This document shows positions 21,824 through 31,651 of a stretch of 64,000 nucleotides of DNA, one piece after another. Origin of the DNA: Candidatus Latescibacterota bacterium (GTDB taxonomy: Bacteria; Latescibacterota; UBA2968; UBA8231); assembly GCA_965248355.1 (NCBI GenBank), contig OZ252098.1:96001-160000 (forward strand), read 5' to 3'. Each line of letters starts with the position of its first letter. Positions within the stretch are counted from its first letter, which is position 1. A program made the translations under genes and the position numbers. Under the pieces are notes generated by a model. It was given only the letters and a program-made list of their open reading frames with translations. It searched no databases and was not told the origin of the DNA.

Positions 21824-23167
21824 TCAGCGCCTCCTTCGGGCGGCGCGCTCCTCGGCGAGGGCCCGCAGGTTCCGCGAGGAGCTCGGGGCCTCGGGATCAG
21901 GCGTCGAGGGCGGGGGCTCGCTCCCGGCCTCCGACATGGGCGGGTCGGTCCAGGGTCCGCGCCTCGCTCCGCCTCGCTCCAGCCGGCCCAGGCTGCGGGC
22001 CAGGTCCCGCAGGGCCGCGGCGTTGTGGGCCGGGGCGAGCAGGTCCACGTGGGGCAGGGCGGCCTTCAGCCCCGCCGTCTCGGGGCGGAATCCGGGGCGG
22101 CCCATCAGGGGATTCAGCCACAGCACCGCGAAGGCGCGCCGGCGGATGCGGGACAGGGCCGAGGACAGCAGCTCGGCCTCGCCCGTGTCCCAGCCGTCGC
22201 TGAGGACGATGACGGCCGTCCGCCGGTCGACGAGGCTCTCGCCCCAGGCCTCGGCGAAGCGGGCGAGGCAGGCGCCGATGCGGGTGCCGCCCGACCACTC
22301 CGGCATGTCGCGGGCCAGCCCCTTCAGGACCTGGTCCCACTCGCCCTCCCGCAGGGCCGGCGTCAGGCGCCGCAGGCTGGTGCTGAAGCCGAAGACCTCC
22401 AGGCGGCGGTAGGCGGCGGCGAAGGCGTAGAGGAACTGCAGCAGGAAGCGGCTGTAGAGGTCCATGGAACGGCTCACGTCGCAGAGGACGACGAGCTTGA
22501 GCTTCTGCGGCCTCCGGGAGCGGAAGGCCAGGTCGACGAGCTCGCCGCCGCGGCGCAGGTTGGCGCGCAGGGTCCGTCTCAGGTCGAGGCGCCTCCGTCC
22601 GCCGAGCTGCCGGTAACGGCGGCTGAGACGGCGCGCCAGGGCCCGGGCCAGCTCCTCCACGACACGGCCCATCTCCTCCAGCTCGTCGGGCCGCAGTCCG
22701 GCGAAGTCCCGGTGGGTGATCACCTCGGCGGCGCTGTAGCCCGCGGTCTCCTCCTGCTCCTCCTCCGCTTCCCCCTCGCCGGCGCTCAGCCACTCCTTCA
22801 GGCTCAGCTGCACGGGTTGCGCGCGGTCCCGGTCCGGGCTTCGGTCCTCGGGGGCGGGGGCCGGCCGGTTCAGCTCCCCGGCGCGGTCCCAGACCCGCCA
22901 GTAGCGGTCGAAGCACTCGTCGAAGAGCTGCTGCTCCTTGACGCTCTTGGCCAGGCAGGTGCGCAGGGCGAGGCGGAACCGGCTCTCCCGGCTCACGTCG
23001 ACGTGGCCCAGGGCGGCGAGGGCGTCGGCGGCTTCGGCCGGACCCAGGCCGAGACCGCGATCCCGGAGGTGGCGGCAGAAGCCGACGACGTTGGCGCTCA
23101 GGGCGCCGTGCAGGGCGAGGTCGTCCGGTACGGAGCCCCGGGAGGGGCCGTCAGGCGCCGGCGGCAT
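21824..23167 (-). CDS. coxE: CoxE-like VWA domain protein
   Basis: LDLRRTLRANLRRGGE, MIDAS-like CDVSRSM, WSGGTRIG, LSDGWD, WLNPL. Confidence 0.88.
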   Translation of the reverse strand: MPPAPDGPSRGSVPDDLALHGALSANVVGFCRHLRDRGLGLGPAEAADALAALGHVDVSRESRFRLALRTCLAKSVKEQQLFDECFDRYWRVWDRAGELNRPAPAPEDRSPDRDRAQPVQLSLKEWLSAGEGEAEEEQEETAGYSAAEVITHRDFAGLRPDELEEMGRVVEELARALARRLSRRYRQLGGRRRLDLRRTLRANLRRGGELVDLAFRSRRPQKLKLVVLCDVSRSMDLYSRFLLQFLYAFAAAYRRLEVFGFSTSLRRLTPALREGEWDQVLKGLARDMPEWSGGTRIGACLARFAEAWGESLVDRRTAVIVLSDGWDTGEAELLSSALSRIRRRAFAVLWLNPLMGRPGFRPETAGLKAALPHVDLLAPAHNAAALRDLARSLGRLERGGARRGPWTDPPMSEAGSEPPPSTPDPEAPSSSRNLRALAEERAARRRR

Positions 23168-24077
23168 CGGCGGCCCCGCCCCCCGGGGCCAGGGCCGGGC
23201 GCACCCCCACGCTGTCGAGGAACTCGGCCAGGGACTGCTTCACGTGGGTCACGTCGTGGTAGTCCTTGAAGACCAGCCCGAGGGTCTCCTCGATGGTGGC
23301 GGCGTCGAGGTGATGGCGGTGCAGGGCCACCAGGGCCCGGGCCCAGTCGAGGGTCTCGGCCACGCCGGGGGGCTTCTCCAGCTGCTGGCGGCGGGCGCCG
23401 GCCATGAAGCGGCAGATCTGTGCGGCCAGCTCGGCGTCGATGCCGTCGACGCGGGCCCGCACGATGGCCAGCTCCTTGTCGAAGTCGGGGTAGTCGATCC
23501 ACAGGTAGAAGCAGCGGCGCCGCAGGGCGTCGGAAAGCTCCCGCGTGCGGTTGCCGGTGACGACCACATGGGGCACGTGCGTGGCCTGTATGGTGCCCAG
23601 CTCCGGGATCGTGATCTGCCAGTCCGAGAGCACCTCGAGGAGGAAGCTCTCGAACTCCTCGTCGGCCCGGTCGAGCTCGTCGATGAGGAGCACCGGGGAC
23701 CGGTGATGGGTGATCGCCTGCAGCAGGGGGCGCTTGAGCAGGAAGGGCTCGGAGAAGATGTGGGCCTCCCTCTGCTCGAGGGAGCGCTCGCCGTGCTCCT
23801 CCATGCGGATCTGCAGCAGCTGGCGCTGGTAGTTCCACTCGTAGAGGGCGGTGCTCGTGTCGAGGCCCTCGTAGCACTGGAGGCGGATCAGATCGGTATC
23901 GAGGAGGTCGGCCAGGACCTTGGCGATCTCGGTCTTGCCCACCCCCGCGGGGCCCTCCACCAGCAGCGGCTTGCGCAGCACCCGCGCCAGGTGCAGGGAC
24001 AGGCAGATATCGGCTCCGGCGATGTATCCGCGGTCCGACAGCTGGCGCTGAAGACGTTCGGTCTCCGGGCTCGGCAT
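23151..24077 (-). CDS. coxD: CoxD-like MoxR AAA+ ATPase
   Basis: EGPAGVGKT, RLQCYEG, ALYEWNY, LLIDELD, ELSDALRRRC, PGVAETLDW. Confidence 0.9.
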   Translation of the reverse strand: MPSPETERLQRQLSDRGYIAGADICLSLHLARVLRKPLLVEGPAGVGKTEIAKVLADLLDTDLIRLQCYEGLDTSTALYEWNYQRQLLQIRMEEHGERSLEQREAHIFSEPFLLKRPLLQAITHHRSPVLLIDELDRADEEFESFLLEVLSDWQITIPELGTIQATHVPHVVVTGNRTRELSDALRRRCFYLWIDYPDFDKELAIVRARVDGIDAELAAQICRFMAGARRQQLEKPPGVAETLDWARALVALHRHHLDAATIEETLGLVFKDYHDVTHVKQSLAEFLDSVGVRPALAPGGGAADAAGA

Positions 24078-24179
24078 GGGGGGGCAAGTTACCCCGCCGG
24101 CGGCCGTGGAGCAAGGCGTCCGGCCCCTTCCGACTGAACGTAACTGACTGATGGGATTGGACTTCCACCCGGCAGCCGA

Positions 24180-24208
24180 TTGCGGACCGGAGCCCCCGCC
24201 CGTATGTT
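24180..24208 (+). promoter_or_regulatory. Putative sigma70 promoter of moaA
   Basis: TTGCGG-17 nt-TATGTT, ending 10 nt before the in-frame GTG at 24219. Confidence 0.4.
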
Positions 24209-24218
24209 CTGCAACCTT

Positions 24219-25277
24219 GTGACGACCCCCGCTCCCACCGTCCCGACCGCCGTGCGCGAGCCCGCCGCCGACGCCTACGGCAGGCCCCTGCAGTCGCTGC
24301 GGATCTCGGTCATCGACCGCTGCGACCTGCGCTGCGCCTACTGCATGCCCGAAGAGGACTACACGTGGCTGCCGAAGGCGGATATCCTGACCTTCGACGA
24401 GATCCTCTCCCTGGTGGACGCCTTCGTCGCCAACGGCGTGCGGAGGGTCCGCCTGACCGGCGGCGAGCCGCTGCTGAGGGCGGGCCTTCCCGAGCTGGTC
24501 GCCGGGCTCGACGAGCGCGGGCTGGAGGACCTGGCGCTGACGACGAACGCCACCCAGCTGGCCCGGCACGCAAGGGCCCTGCGCGAGGCCGGGCTGCGCC
24601 GCGTCACGGTCAGCCTCGACTCCCTCAAGCCGGCCCGCTTCGAGACCCTGACCCGGAGGGCCGCCCTCGACGACGTGATCGCCGGCATCGAGGCCTCCGC
24701 CGACGCCGGCTTCGAATCGCTCAAGATCAACACCGTTGTCATGCGCGACTTCAACGACGACGAGATCGTCGACCTGGTCGCCTTCGGCCGGCGCCTCGGC
24801 GCCGAGGTCCGCTTCATCGAGTACATGGACGTGGGCGGGGCCACCCTCTGGCAGCCCCAGCGGGTCTACTCCCGCGGGGAGATCCTGGAGCGGCTGGAGG
24901 GCCACTACGGGCCGGCCACGGCCGAGCCGGGACGGGGCAGCGCCCCGGCGGAGCGCTTCCAGCTGCCCTCGGGAGAACGCTTCGGCATCATCTCGTCGAC
25001 GACGCGGCCCTTCTGCGGCAGTTGCGACCGCAGCCGTCTGACGGCGGACGGGCTCTGGTACCTGTGCCTCTACGCCCGCGACGGCATCGACCTGCGCGAG
25101 CCCGTGCGCCGCGGGGTCCCGGCGGAGGAGCTGTCCCGCCGGATCGCCGAAGGCTGGTCCCGGCGCCGTGACCGGGGCGCCGAGGAGCGCATGCGCTCGC
25201 CGGTGCGCGGCGCCCTCTACCAGATCGACGAGTTGCGCCAGGATCCTCACCGCGAGATGCACACCCGCGGCGGCTGA
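24219..25277 (+). CDS. moaA: GTP 3',8-cyclase MoaA (radical SAM)
   Basis: LRISVIDRCDLRCAYCMP, LTGGEPLLR, second cluster FCGSCDR...LCL, C-terminal GG; start could be ATG 24204. Confidence 0.95.
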   Translation: MTTPAPTVPTAVREPAADAYGRPLQSLRISVIDRCDLRCAYCMPEEDYTWLPKADILTFDEILSLVDAFVANGVRRVRLTGGEPLLRAGLPELVAGLDERGLEDLALTTNATQLARHARALREAGLRRVTVSLDSLKPARFETLTRRAALDDVIAGIEASADAGFESLKINTVVMRDFNDDEIVDLVAFGRRLGAEVRFIEYMDVGGATLWQPQRVYSRGEILERLEGHYGPATAEPGRGSAPAERFQLPSGERFGIISSTTRPFCGSCDRSRLTADGLWYLCLYARDGIDLREPVRRGVPAEELSRRIAEGWSRRRDRGAEERMRSPVRGALYQIDELRQDPHREMHTRGG

Positions 25278-25291
25278 GGGTCCTCGGAGTC

Positions 25292-27427
25292 GTGGACTAC
25301 TCCAGGGGAAAGAGGTTTCTCGACACGCTCCCGGACTGGGAGCGGGGACGGCCGCCGCAGGGGCCCCTCGAGCACTACCTGCCCCGGGTGCGCGCCATGC
25401 TGCGGCGCTGCGGGGATCCGCAGCAGCGCTTCGGCAGCGTCATCGTCGCCGGCACCAACGGCAAGGGCACGGTGGCCAGCCTGCTGGCGGCGCTGCTGCA
25501 GGCCTCCGGCCGCCGCACCGGGCTCTACACCTCTCCCCATCTCCACAGCCAGCGCGAGCGCATCCAGGTCGACGGCGGGATCCTCGACAAGGACTCCTGG
25601 GCTGACGGGATCGCCTTCGTCCACGACGTCACCCGGGGGTTCGAGGGCGAGGGACTGGGACCGTTCTCGCGCTTCGAGGCGCTCACCGTGCTCGCCGCCC
25701 ACCTCTTCGCCTCCGAGGGGGTGGAGGTGGCCGTCTTCGAGGTCGGCCTCGGCGGCCGTCACGACGCCACCAACGCCTGGGACCACGACGCCGCCATCCT
25801 GACCCCGGTCGCCCTCGACCACTGCGCCGTCCTCGGCCGCGACCTGCTCTCCATCGCCGGCGAGAAGCTGCCCGTGGCGCGGCCGGGGCGGCCTCTGTTC
25901 ACCACGGCCTCGCAGGACCCGGGGGTCCTCGATCTCGTCCGCCGCCGGGCGCGGGAGAAGGGGATTCCCCTGATCCTCTGCGGCCCCGAGGGTCTGCGCT
26001 TCCAGGGGCAGGGCGAGACCGTCCCCTACCTGGCGGCTCCCGAGCCCGCGGCGGCGCGCCCTTCGACCTGGGTGGAGAACGCCCGTCTCGCCGTGGCCGC
26101 GGCCTCCCGGATCTGCCCCGACCTGGATGCCGGGCGCGCCCGGAAGGTCCTGGACTCCCACGAGTGGCCGGGCCGCTTCGAGCAGGCCCGGGAGGATCCC
26201 CAGGTGCTGCTCGACGGCGCCCACAACCCCGCCGCCGCCGAAGCCCTGGCCGCCGACCTCGGCCGCGCCGGCTCGGACTGGATCTTCGTCGTCGGCGTCA
26301 ACGAGGACCACCAGGCGGAGCGCATCCTGAGCGCCCTGAGGCCGGCGGCCGGCCGCTTCCTTCTGACCGAGTCCGGACACGCCAAGGCGATGTCCGCCGG
26401 GGACCTGGCCGCGTGCTCGACCGGAGCGGCCGCGGGGGTGGCTACCGAGGTCGAATCCTGCTGCCGCAAGGCCTTCGAGAGGGCCCTGGCCGTGGCCGGC
26501 GAGGGCGGCCGCGTGTGCGTCACCGGATCCCTGCACCTGGCGGCCCGGGCCCGGGAGCACTTCGGCCTGCCCTTCCAGGCGGAGGGCATCGGCGAGGAGG
26601 TGGCCCGGGAGAGCCTCGAGTGCCTCGCCCTCGCCTGCGAGCGCCTGGGCCTGCGCCCGCGGCGGGTCTCGGAGGACGGCAACGTCATGCGCCTCCGCGG
26701 CGGCCGCCGGCCGCTCCTGTTCCTCCGCAACAAGCACCCTTTCAACGACTACGCGGCGGCGCGCCTGGCCGAGGACAAGGGCTACCAGCACGAGCTGCTC
26801 GCCGCCGCCGGCCTGCCGGTGCCCCGCACCATGCAGCTCTTCAACCCCTTCGCCGACGACCGCTTCAACCGCTACAAGAGGCACCGGACGGTGGAGGAGA
26901 TGGCCGCCGCAGTGGACGCGGAGATGGCCTGGCCGGTGCTCGTCAAGAAGGCCCGGGGCTCGATCTCGCAGGGGGTCTACCTGGAGACGGGCGCCGAGGG
27001 GGTGGCGCGGCGGCTGCAGTCGCTGTTCGAGAACGCGGGTCTGCTCGACAACCTGGTCCTCGTGCAGTCCTACGTCAGCGGCGAGGAGTTCCGGGCCGTG
27101 GCCACCCAGGGGGAGTTGCTGCTGGCCTACGCCAAGGCCGGCGGCGAGCCGGGCCTCGAGGACCTCAACCCGCTGCACCACCACAGCGGCCGCGCCGAAC
27201 GGGTCACGGACGAGGAGGTGCTGGCGCCGCTGCGCGCCCTGGCCGGGGAGGTGGCCGGTGTCGTCGACCTCGGCTTCTACGCCATCGACCTGATCCGCGA
27301 CGCCCGCGGCGCCTGGTGGGTCCTGGAGCTCAATCCGAATCCCTTCTGCTACTTCTACAACCGCTCCAACGGCCGCGGCGACTTCGTGGGGATCTACGAG
27401 CGGCTGCTGCGCAAGTACGTCCTGTGA
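25292..27427 (+). CDS. folC: FolC-like folylpolyglutamate/dihydrofolate synthase fused to a C-terminal ATP-grasp domain
   Basis: AGTNGKGT, GLYTSPHL...RERI, FEVGLGGRHDATN, WPGRFE, LDGAHNP, VTGSLHL; then AEDK..Q, WPVLVKK..GS...GV, LVQSYVSGEEFR, AIDLI, VLELNPNP. Confidence 0.85.
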   Translation: MDYSRGKRFLDTLPDWERGRPPQGPLEHYLPRVRAMLRRCGDPQQRFGSVIVAGTNGKGTVASLLAALLQASGRRTGLYTSPHLHSQRERIQVDGGILDKDSWADGIAFVHDVTRGFEGEGLGPFSRFEALTVLAAHLFASEGVEVAVFEVGLGGRHDATNAWDHDAAILTPVALDHCAVLGRDLLSIAGEKLPVARPGRPLFTTASQDPGVLDLVRRRAREKGIPLILCGPEGLRFQGQGETVPYLAAPEPAAARPSTWVENARLAVAAASRICPDLDAGRARKVLDSHEWPGRFEQAREDPQVLLDGAHNPAAAEALAADLGRAGSDWIFVVGVNEDHQAERILSALRPAAGRFLLTESGHAKAMSAGDLAACSTGAAAGVATEVESCCRKAFERALAVAGEGGRVCVTGSLHLAARAREHFGLPFQAEGIGEEVARESLECLALACERLGLRPRRVSEDGNVMRLRGGRRPLLFLRNKHPFNDYAAARLAEDKGYQHELLAAAGLPVPRTMQLFNPFADDRFNRYKRHRTVEEMAAAVDAEMAWPVLVKKARGSISQGVYLETGAEGVARRLQSLFENAGLLDNLVLVQSYVSGEEFRAVATQGELLLAYAKAGGEPGLEDLNPLHHHSGRAERVTDEEVLAPLRALAGEVAGVVDLGFYAIDLIRDARGAWWVLELNPNPFCYFYNRSNGRGDFVGIYERLLRKYVL

Positions 27428-28590
27428 GCCGCTGCCACGACCTGCGCACGCGCCTGATCCACGGGGGCCTCCACCGGGTCGCCGGAGCCGTGGTGCAGCC
27501 CGTCTTCCAGACCGCCACCTACGAGGCGGAGGAGACCGCCTCCTACGACGACATCCGCTATCTGCGGCTGAGCAACTCCCCCAACCACCGGGACCTGGCG
27601 GCGCGGCTGGCGGCGATCACCGGCGGCGAGGCGGCGGTGGTGGCCGGCTCCGGGATGGCGGCGATCACCACGACCCTGCTGACCCTGCTGGAGTCGGCCC
27701 CGGGACGGGAGCGGCCCCACCTGCTCGCCCAGGACTGTCTCTACGGCGGCACCCTCAGCTTTCTCGCCGAGGACGCCCCGACCCTGGGGATCGACGTCGA
27801 CTTCGTGAACGGCGACGACGACCACCAGGAGTGGGCGTCCCGCTCCCGGCCCGGCACCCGGGCCTTCCTGGTGGAGAGCCTGACGAACCCCCTCCTCGAG
27901 GTGGCCGACCTGGAGGCGGTCACCGCCTTCTGCCGGGAGCGGGGGATCGTCTCCGTCATCGACAACACCTTTGCCTCGCCCGTCAACTACCGCCCCCTGG
28001 AGGCCGGTTTCGACGTGGAGCTGCACAGCGCCACCAAGTACCTCAACGGCCACTCCGACATCGTCGCCGGCGCCGTCATCTCCACGGCGGAGAGGATCCG
28101 CCGGGTGACGCACAAGATGAACCACCTCGGCGGGGTGCTGGATCCGCACGCCTGCTTCCTCCTGCAGCGCGGGCTCAAGACCCTGGCCCTGCGCGTGGAG
28201 CAGCAGAACCACAACGCCCTCTTCCTGGCGCAGCGGCTGGCGGAGCACTCCTCGGTGGCCGCCGTCCACTACCCGGGGCTGGCCGGCCATCCCGGGCACG
28301 AGCGCGCCGGGCGGTGGTTCGCCGGGTGCGGCGGCGTGCTCAGCTTCGACCTCGGCGGCCCCGAGGCCGCGCGGCGGCTGATCGACCGTCTGGAGCTGGC
28401 CGTGGATGCGCCCAGCCTGGGCGGGGTGGAGACCCTGGTGAGCCGGCCCGCCGTGAGCTCCCACGCCGGCCAGAGCCCCGAGCGGCGCCGCGCCCTGGGG
28501 ATCGGCGACGGCCTGGTGCGCGTCGCCGTGGGCATCGAGGCGGCCGAAGATCTCTGGGCGGATTTCGAGGCGGCCCTGGCGGGGGGCTGA
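27424..28590 (+). CDS. PLP-dependent trans-sulfuration enzyme (cystathionine gamma-synthase/lyase, Met gamma-lyase family)
   Basis: PVFQTATY, SGMAAI, LYGGT, ESLTNP, IDNTFASP, HSATKYLNGHSD, SLGGVETL. Confidence 0.92.
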   Translation: MSRCHDLRTRLIHGGLHRVAGAVVQPVFQTATYEAEETASYDDIRYLRLSNSPNHRDLAARLAAITGGEAAVVAGSGMAAITTTLLTLLESAPGRERPHLLAQDCLYGGTLSFLAEDAPTLGIDVDFVNGDDDHQEWASRSRPGTRAFLVESLTNPLLEVADLEAVTAFCRERGIVSVIDNTFASPVNYRPLEAGFDVELHSATKYLNGHSDIVAGAVISTAERIRRVTHKMNHLGGVLDPHACFLLQRGLKTLALRVEQQNHNALFLAQRLAEHSSVAAVHYPGLAGHPGHERAGRWFAGCGGVLSFDLGGPEAARRLIDRLELAVDAPSLGGVETLVSRPAVSSHAGQSPERRRALGIGDGLVRVAVGIEAAEDLWADFEAALAGG

Positions 28591-28611
28591 GGTCCCGCAC
28601 CCGCCGCAGGC

Positions 28612-29250
28612 TCAGAGGATCCCGTACTCGTCGAAGACCTCGCGCGGCGAGCGCCCGGAGGCGAGCTCGTCCCGCACCCTGTTCTCCCCCTCCAGCTTCT
28701 CCAGGCACCTGGCGCGCACCTGCTCGCGGATGGCCGAGGGGATGACGACCACGCCCTCGTAGTCGGCGAGGATGAAGTCCCCGGGCTCGACCCGGACGCC
28801 GCCGCAGGTGACAGGCACCTGCACCCCGGTGGCGAGGACGCGCCCCGCCGAGTCCAGCGGCGAGCAGCCCCGGCAGAAGCAGTGGAAGCCCATGTCGTTC
28901 ATCGGCCGGATGTCGCGCACCAGGCCGTCGGTGACCACGGCGTTGACGCCGCGGGAGGCGGCGGCGGTGGACAGCAGCTCCCCCCACAGGCCGGAGCGCA
29001 CCTCGCCGTTGGTGGCCACCACGATGACGTCCCCGGCGCGCACCCTGTCGAAGGCTTCGAAGATCCGGCCGTACGGGTCCTCGTGAGGCTCGTCGTGGCG
29101 GTGGGCGTCGATGGTGACCGCCGGTCCGGCGAAGCAGCTGGCCGGGTGCGAGGGACGCACGCCGTGCTCCAGGGCCTGCTCGCGGTACCCGAGGGCGTCC
29201 ATGACGTCGGCGGCCAGGGCCGTGTAGATCGGTCTCCAGAGGTCGTACAA
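28612..29250 (-). CDS. RraA/HMG-CHA aldolase family protein
   Basis: GLWGELLST, VVTDGLVRD, VTCGGVRVEPGDFILAD..GVVVIP. Confidence 0.88.
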   Translation of the reverse strand: MYDLWRPIYTALAADVMDALGYREQALEHGVRPSHPASCFAGPAVTIDAHRHDEPHEDPYGRIFEAFDRVRAGDVIVVATNGEVRSGLWGELLSTAAASRGVNAVVTDGLVRDIRPMNDMGFHCFCRGCSPLDSAGRVLATGVQVPVTCGGVRVEPGDFILADYEGVVVIPSAIREQVRARCLEKLEGENRVRDELASGRSPREVFDEYGIL

Positions 29251-29281
29251 GGGCGGTCTCCTTCGATGGGGAATCGCGGGC

Positions 29282-30421
29282 CTACCTCCGGCGGGAGGCG
29301 CTCGGAAGAAAGAGGGCGGCCACGGCGGTCACCAGGGGCAGCAGGGCGAGCCAGCCGAGGGTCTGGTCGAGTCCGATGCGGTCGGCGATGTAGCCGGCCG
29401 GTCCCAGGGAGAGACTGGCGACGCCCCAGCTGAAGCCGAGGGGGAGGCTGGAGGCCAGCCCCGAGCGTCCTGGAGCCAGCTCCTGGGCGAGGGCGACGAG
29501 GATCGAGTTGGAGGAGAGGAGGAAGCCGCCGCCCACGCCGAGCAGCAGGTAGGCGGCCGGGCCCTCGGCCTGCAGGAACCAGTAGAGGGCCGGGCTGGCC
29601 GCCAGCAGGGAGCCGCAGACCAGGGGGCGCTTGCTGACGCGGTCGGAGAGATAGCCGAAGAGCAGGGCGCCGAGGACGCCGGAGATGTTGTAGATCGCCA
29701 GCCAGCGGTCGCCCTCCTCCGGCGACAGGCCCCGTTCCCGGGCCAGGACGGCCAGGAAGATGCCGAAGCAGAGGCCGGTGACCGAGCGCAGGATGACGAC
29801 GACGGTGATCAGCATCAGGCCCCTGCGGACGCCGTCGGCGGCGGGGGACCGGGAACCGCCGTCGCGGGAGGCGGCCTGGGGGTTGTCGAGGGGCAGGCAG
29901 CGCCAGACCAGGATCAGCATGACCAGGCCGGGGAGGCTGACCACGGGCAGCCACTCCAGCCCCATGGCCTGGGCGAAGGGCCGCACCCACAGGGGCGTCA
30001 CCCCGAGGCCGAGGGTGCCGCCGAAGATGAACAGGGCCAGCCCGAAGCCGCGGCGGGGTCCGGACAGCTCGCCGGCCAGGGAGAAGGCCTGCGGGTGGAA
30101 GGCGGCGACCCCGAGGCCGCCGAGCCAGAGGATGCCCACCAGGACCCAGTAGCTCGGCGCGATGCCCATGAGCGGGGTGAAGACCGCGGTCATGGCGAGA
30201 CCGCCCAGGACCAGCCTGCGCCGCCGCATGCGGTCGCCCCACAGGCCCAGCAGGGGCTGGGTGATGCTGCACAGGGTGATCAGGGTGCCGAGGAACCCGG
30301 CGCCGGCGATGCCGAGGCCGAGACGCGTCATCACCAGGGGCAGCAGGGGCGCGAGCATGGTGGCGTACGAGTCCACGCAGAAGTGGGCCACCGAGGCCAG
30401 CAGCAGTTGGCGCCGTTGCAT
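29282..30421 (-). CDS. MFS transporter (Fsr-like)
   Basis: HFCVDSY, QPLLGLWGDR, GLGVAAFHP, GYLSDR; about 12 hydrophobic segments. Confidence 0.88.
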   Translation of the reverse strand: MQRRQLLLASVAHFCVDSYATMLAPLLPLVMTRLGLGIAGAGFLGTLITLCSITQPLLGLWGDRMRRRRLVLGGLAMTAVFTPLMGIAPSYWVLVGILWLGGLGVAAFHPQAFSLAGELSGPRRGFGLALFIFGGTLGLGVTPLWVRPFAQAMGLEWLPVVSLPGLVMLILVWRCLPLDNPQAASRDGGSRSPAADGVRRGLMLITVVVILRSVTGLCFGIFLAVLARERGLSPEEGDRWLAIYNISGVLGALLFGYLSDRVSKRPLVCGSLLAASPALYWFLQAEGPAAYLLLGVGGGFLLSSNSILVALAQELAPGRSGLASSLPLGFSWGVASLSLGPAGYIADRIGLDQTLGWLALLPLVTAVAALFLPSASRRR

Positions 30422-30427
30422 GCGGCT

Positions 30428-31651
30428 CTACCCCGGCGCCCGGCGCGCGTCGAGGCGCACGCAGAGCCGCCAGATGCACAGGGCCCCCGCCGTCGAGGAC
30501 ACGGCTCCGGAGGCAAAGGGGAGGTACGGGGCGACTTCCACGAGCCAGCCGCCGGCGAGACTGCCGGTGACCATGGCGCCGCTCCAGACCATGTGACCCA
30601 GACCGACGAGGAGGTTCCTTTCCTCGGCGGTGGCCACCTCGTCGATCAGGCCGGGCACGAGGACGGAGACCGCCCAGGCCGTGGTCGACAGGGCCGTGCC
30701 GAAGACGAACAGGCCCGTCACCGACCCGGTGCTCAAGGCCAGACCCACGGCGCTGGCGACGATGCCGCCCGCGGACAGGATCAGGGGCCGCGTGCGGCCG
30801 AAGCGATCGCGCAGCAGGCCGGTGAGCAACTGGCCGGAGGCCGCCACGGCGAGGCTGACGGACCCGAAGAAGGCGGCGGTCGCCGCCGAGCCGCTGGCGC
30901 GGTACACGAGCAGGGGCAGGGCCAGGCTGGCCATGCCCCAGAAGCCGGTGATCGTCAGGCGCAGCCCCACCAGCAGGTGCACGTTGCGCTGCCTCAGCAG
31001 GGGCCGGTACGAGGACCACAGGGCCAGCCGGGGCGCCTGCCGCCGGGCTTCTCGAACGGGGGTGGACGGCAGCAGCAGGATCCCGGCCACGACGAGAGCC
31101 GCGGAGAGCAGGGCCATGGCCGTGCCGATCTGCTCGAAGCTCCAGTCCTGCTTCACCAGCCCCGTGGAGAGGTTCCCGGCGGACTGCCCCAGGGTGCTGC
31201 TGAGGAAGTAGAGGGCCCCGCCCAGGCCCAGACGGGCCGCACCGGCGGAGGCGATCAGGTAGCTCTGCCCCGAGGTGCTCAGGGGGCCGGAGGCGGCCCC
31301 GGCGACGAGGGTGAGCAGGGTCAGGAGGAGGACGTCGCCGGTGTGGAAGACGAGCCCCGTCAGGGCGCTGCCGGCCAGGCCGAGGAGGAGGGTGACCTTG
31401 AGCCCCAGCAGGTCGCAGAGACGGCCGGCGACGATGGCACAGATCCCGCCCAGGGCGAGGGCGACGGCCCGCAGGTATCCCGTGAACACGGCCAGGCGCC
31501 CGAGGTCGGCGTCGACGTAGACCGGCAGCAGGGAGTGGTACGGGGCGGTGGCGAAGCCGCCGAGGAAGGAGAGGGCGCAGAGAACGACGAAGGCCCGGCT
31601 CCACAGTCCCACGGGAGCCGGGCCCGTCAAGCCCGATGAGTCGGCGCTCAC
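30428..31651 (-). CDS. MFS transporter
   Basis: Motif-A-like GRLCDLLGLK and GLLRDRFGRTR; hydrophobic throughout; GTG overlaps upstream stop. Confidence 0.82.
   Translation of the reverse strand: MSADSSGLTGPAPVGLWSRAFVVLCALSFLGGFATAPYHSLLPVYVDADLGRLAVFTGYLRAVALALGGICAIVAGRLCDLLGLKVTLLLGLAGSALTGLVFHTGDVLLLTLLTLVAGAASGPLSTSGQSYLIASAGAARLGLGGALYFLSSTLGQSAGNLSTGLVKQDWSFEQIGTAMALLSAALVVAGILLLPSTPVREARRQAPRLALWSSYRPLLRQRNVHLLVGLRLTITGFWGMASLALPLLVYRASGSAATAAFFGSVSLAVAASGQLLTGLLRDRFGRTRPLILSAGGIVASAVGLALSTGSVTGLFVFGTALSTTAWAVSVLVPGLIDEVATAEERNLLVGLGHMVWSGAMVTGSLAGGWLVEVAPYLPFASGAVSSTAGALCIWRLCVRLDARRAPG

Noticed and set aside
25292-27427. Cyanophycin synthetase
   Set aside because: Domain order is reversed, the Mur-like half has FolC-specific motifs, and no cyanophycinase is nearby
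28899-31604. 901-aa Arg/Pro/Gly-rich ORF and other same-strand alternative-frame ORFs
   Set aside because: Low-complexity off-frame translations overlapping real MFS/RraA genes
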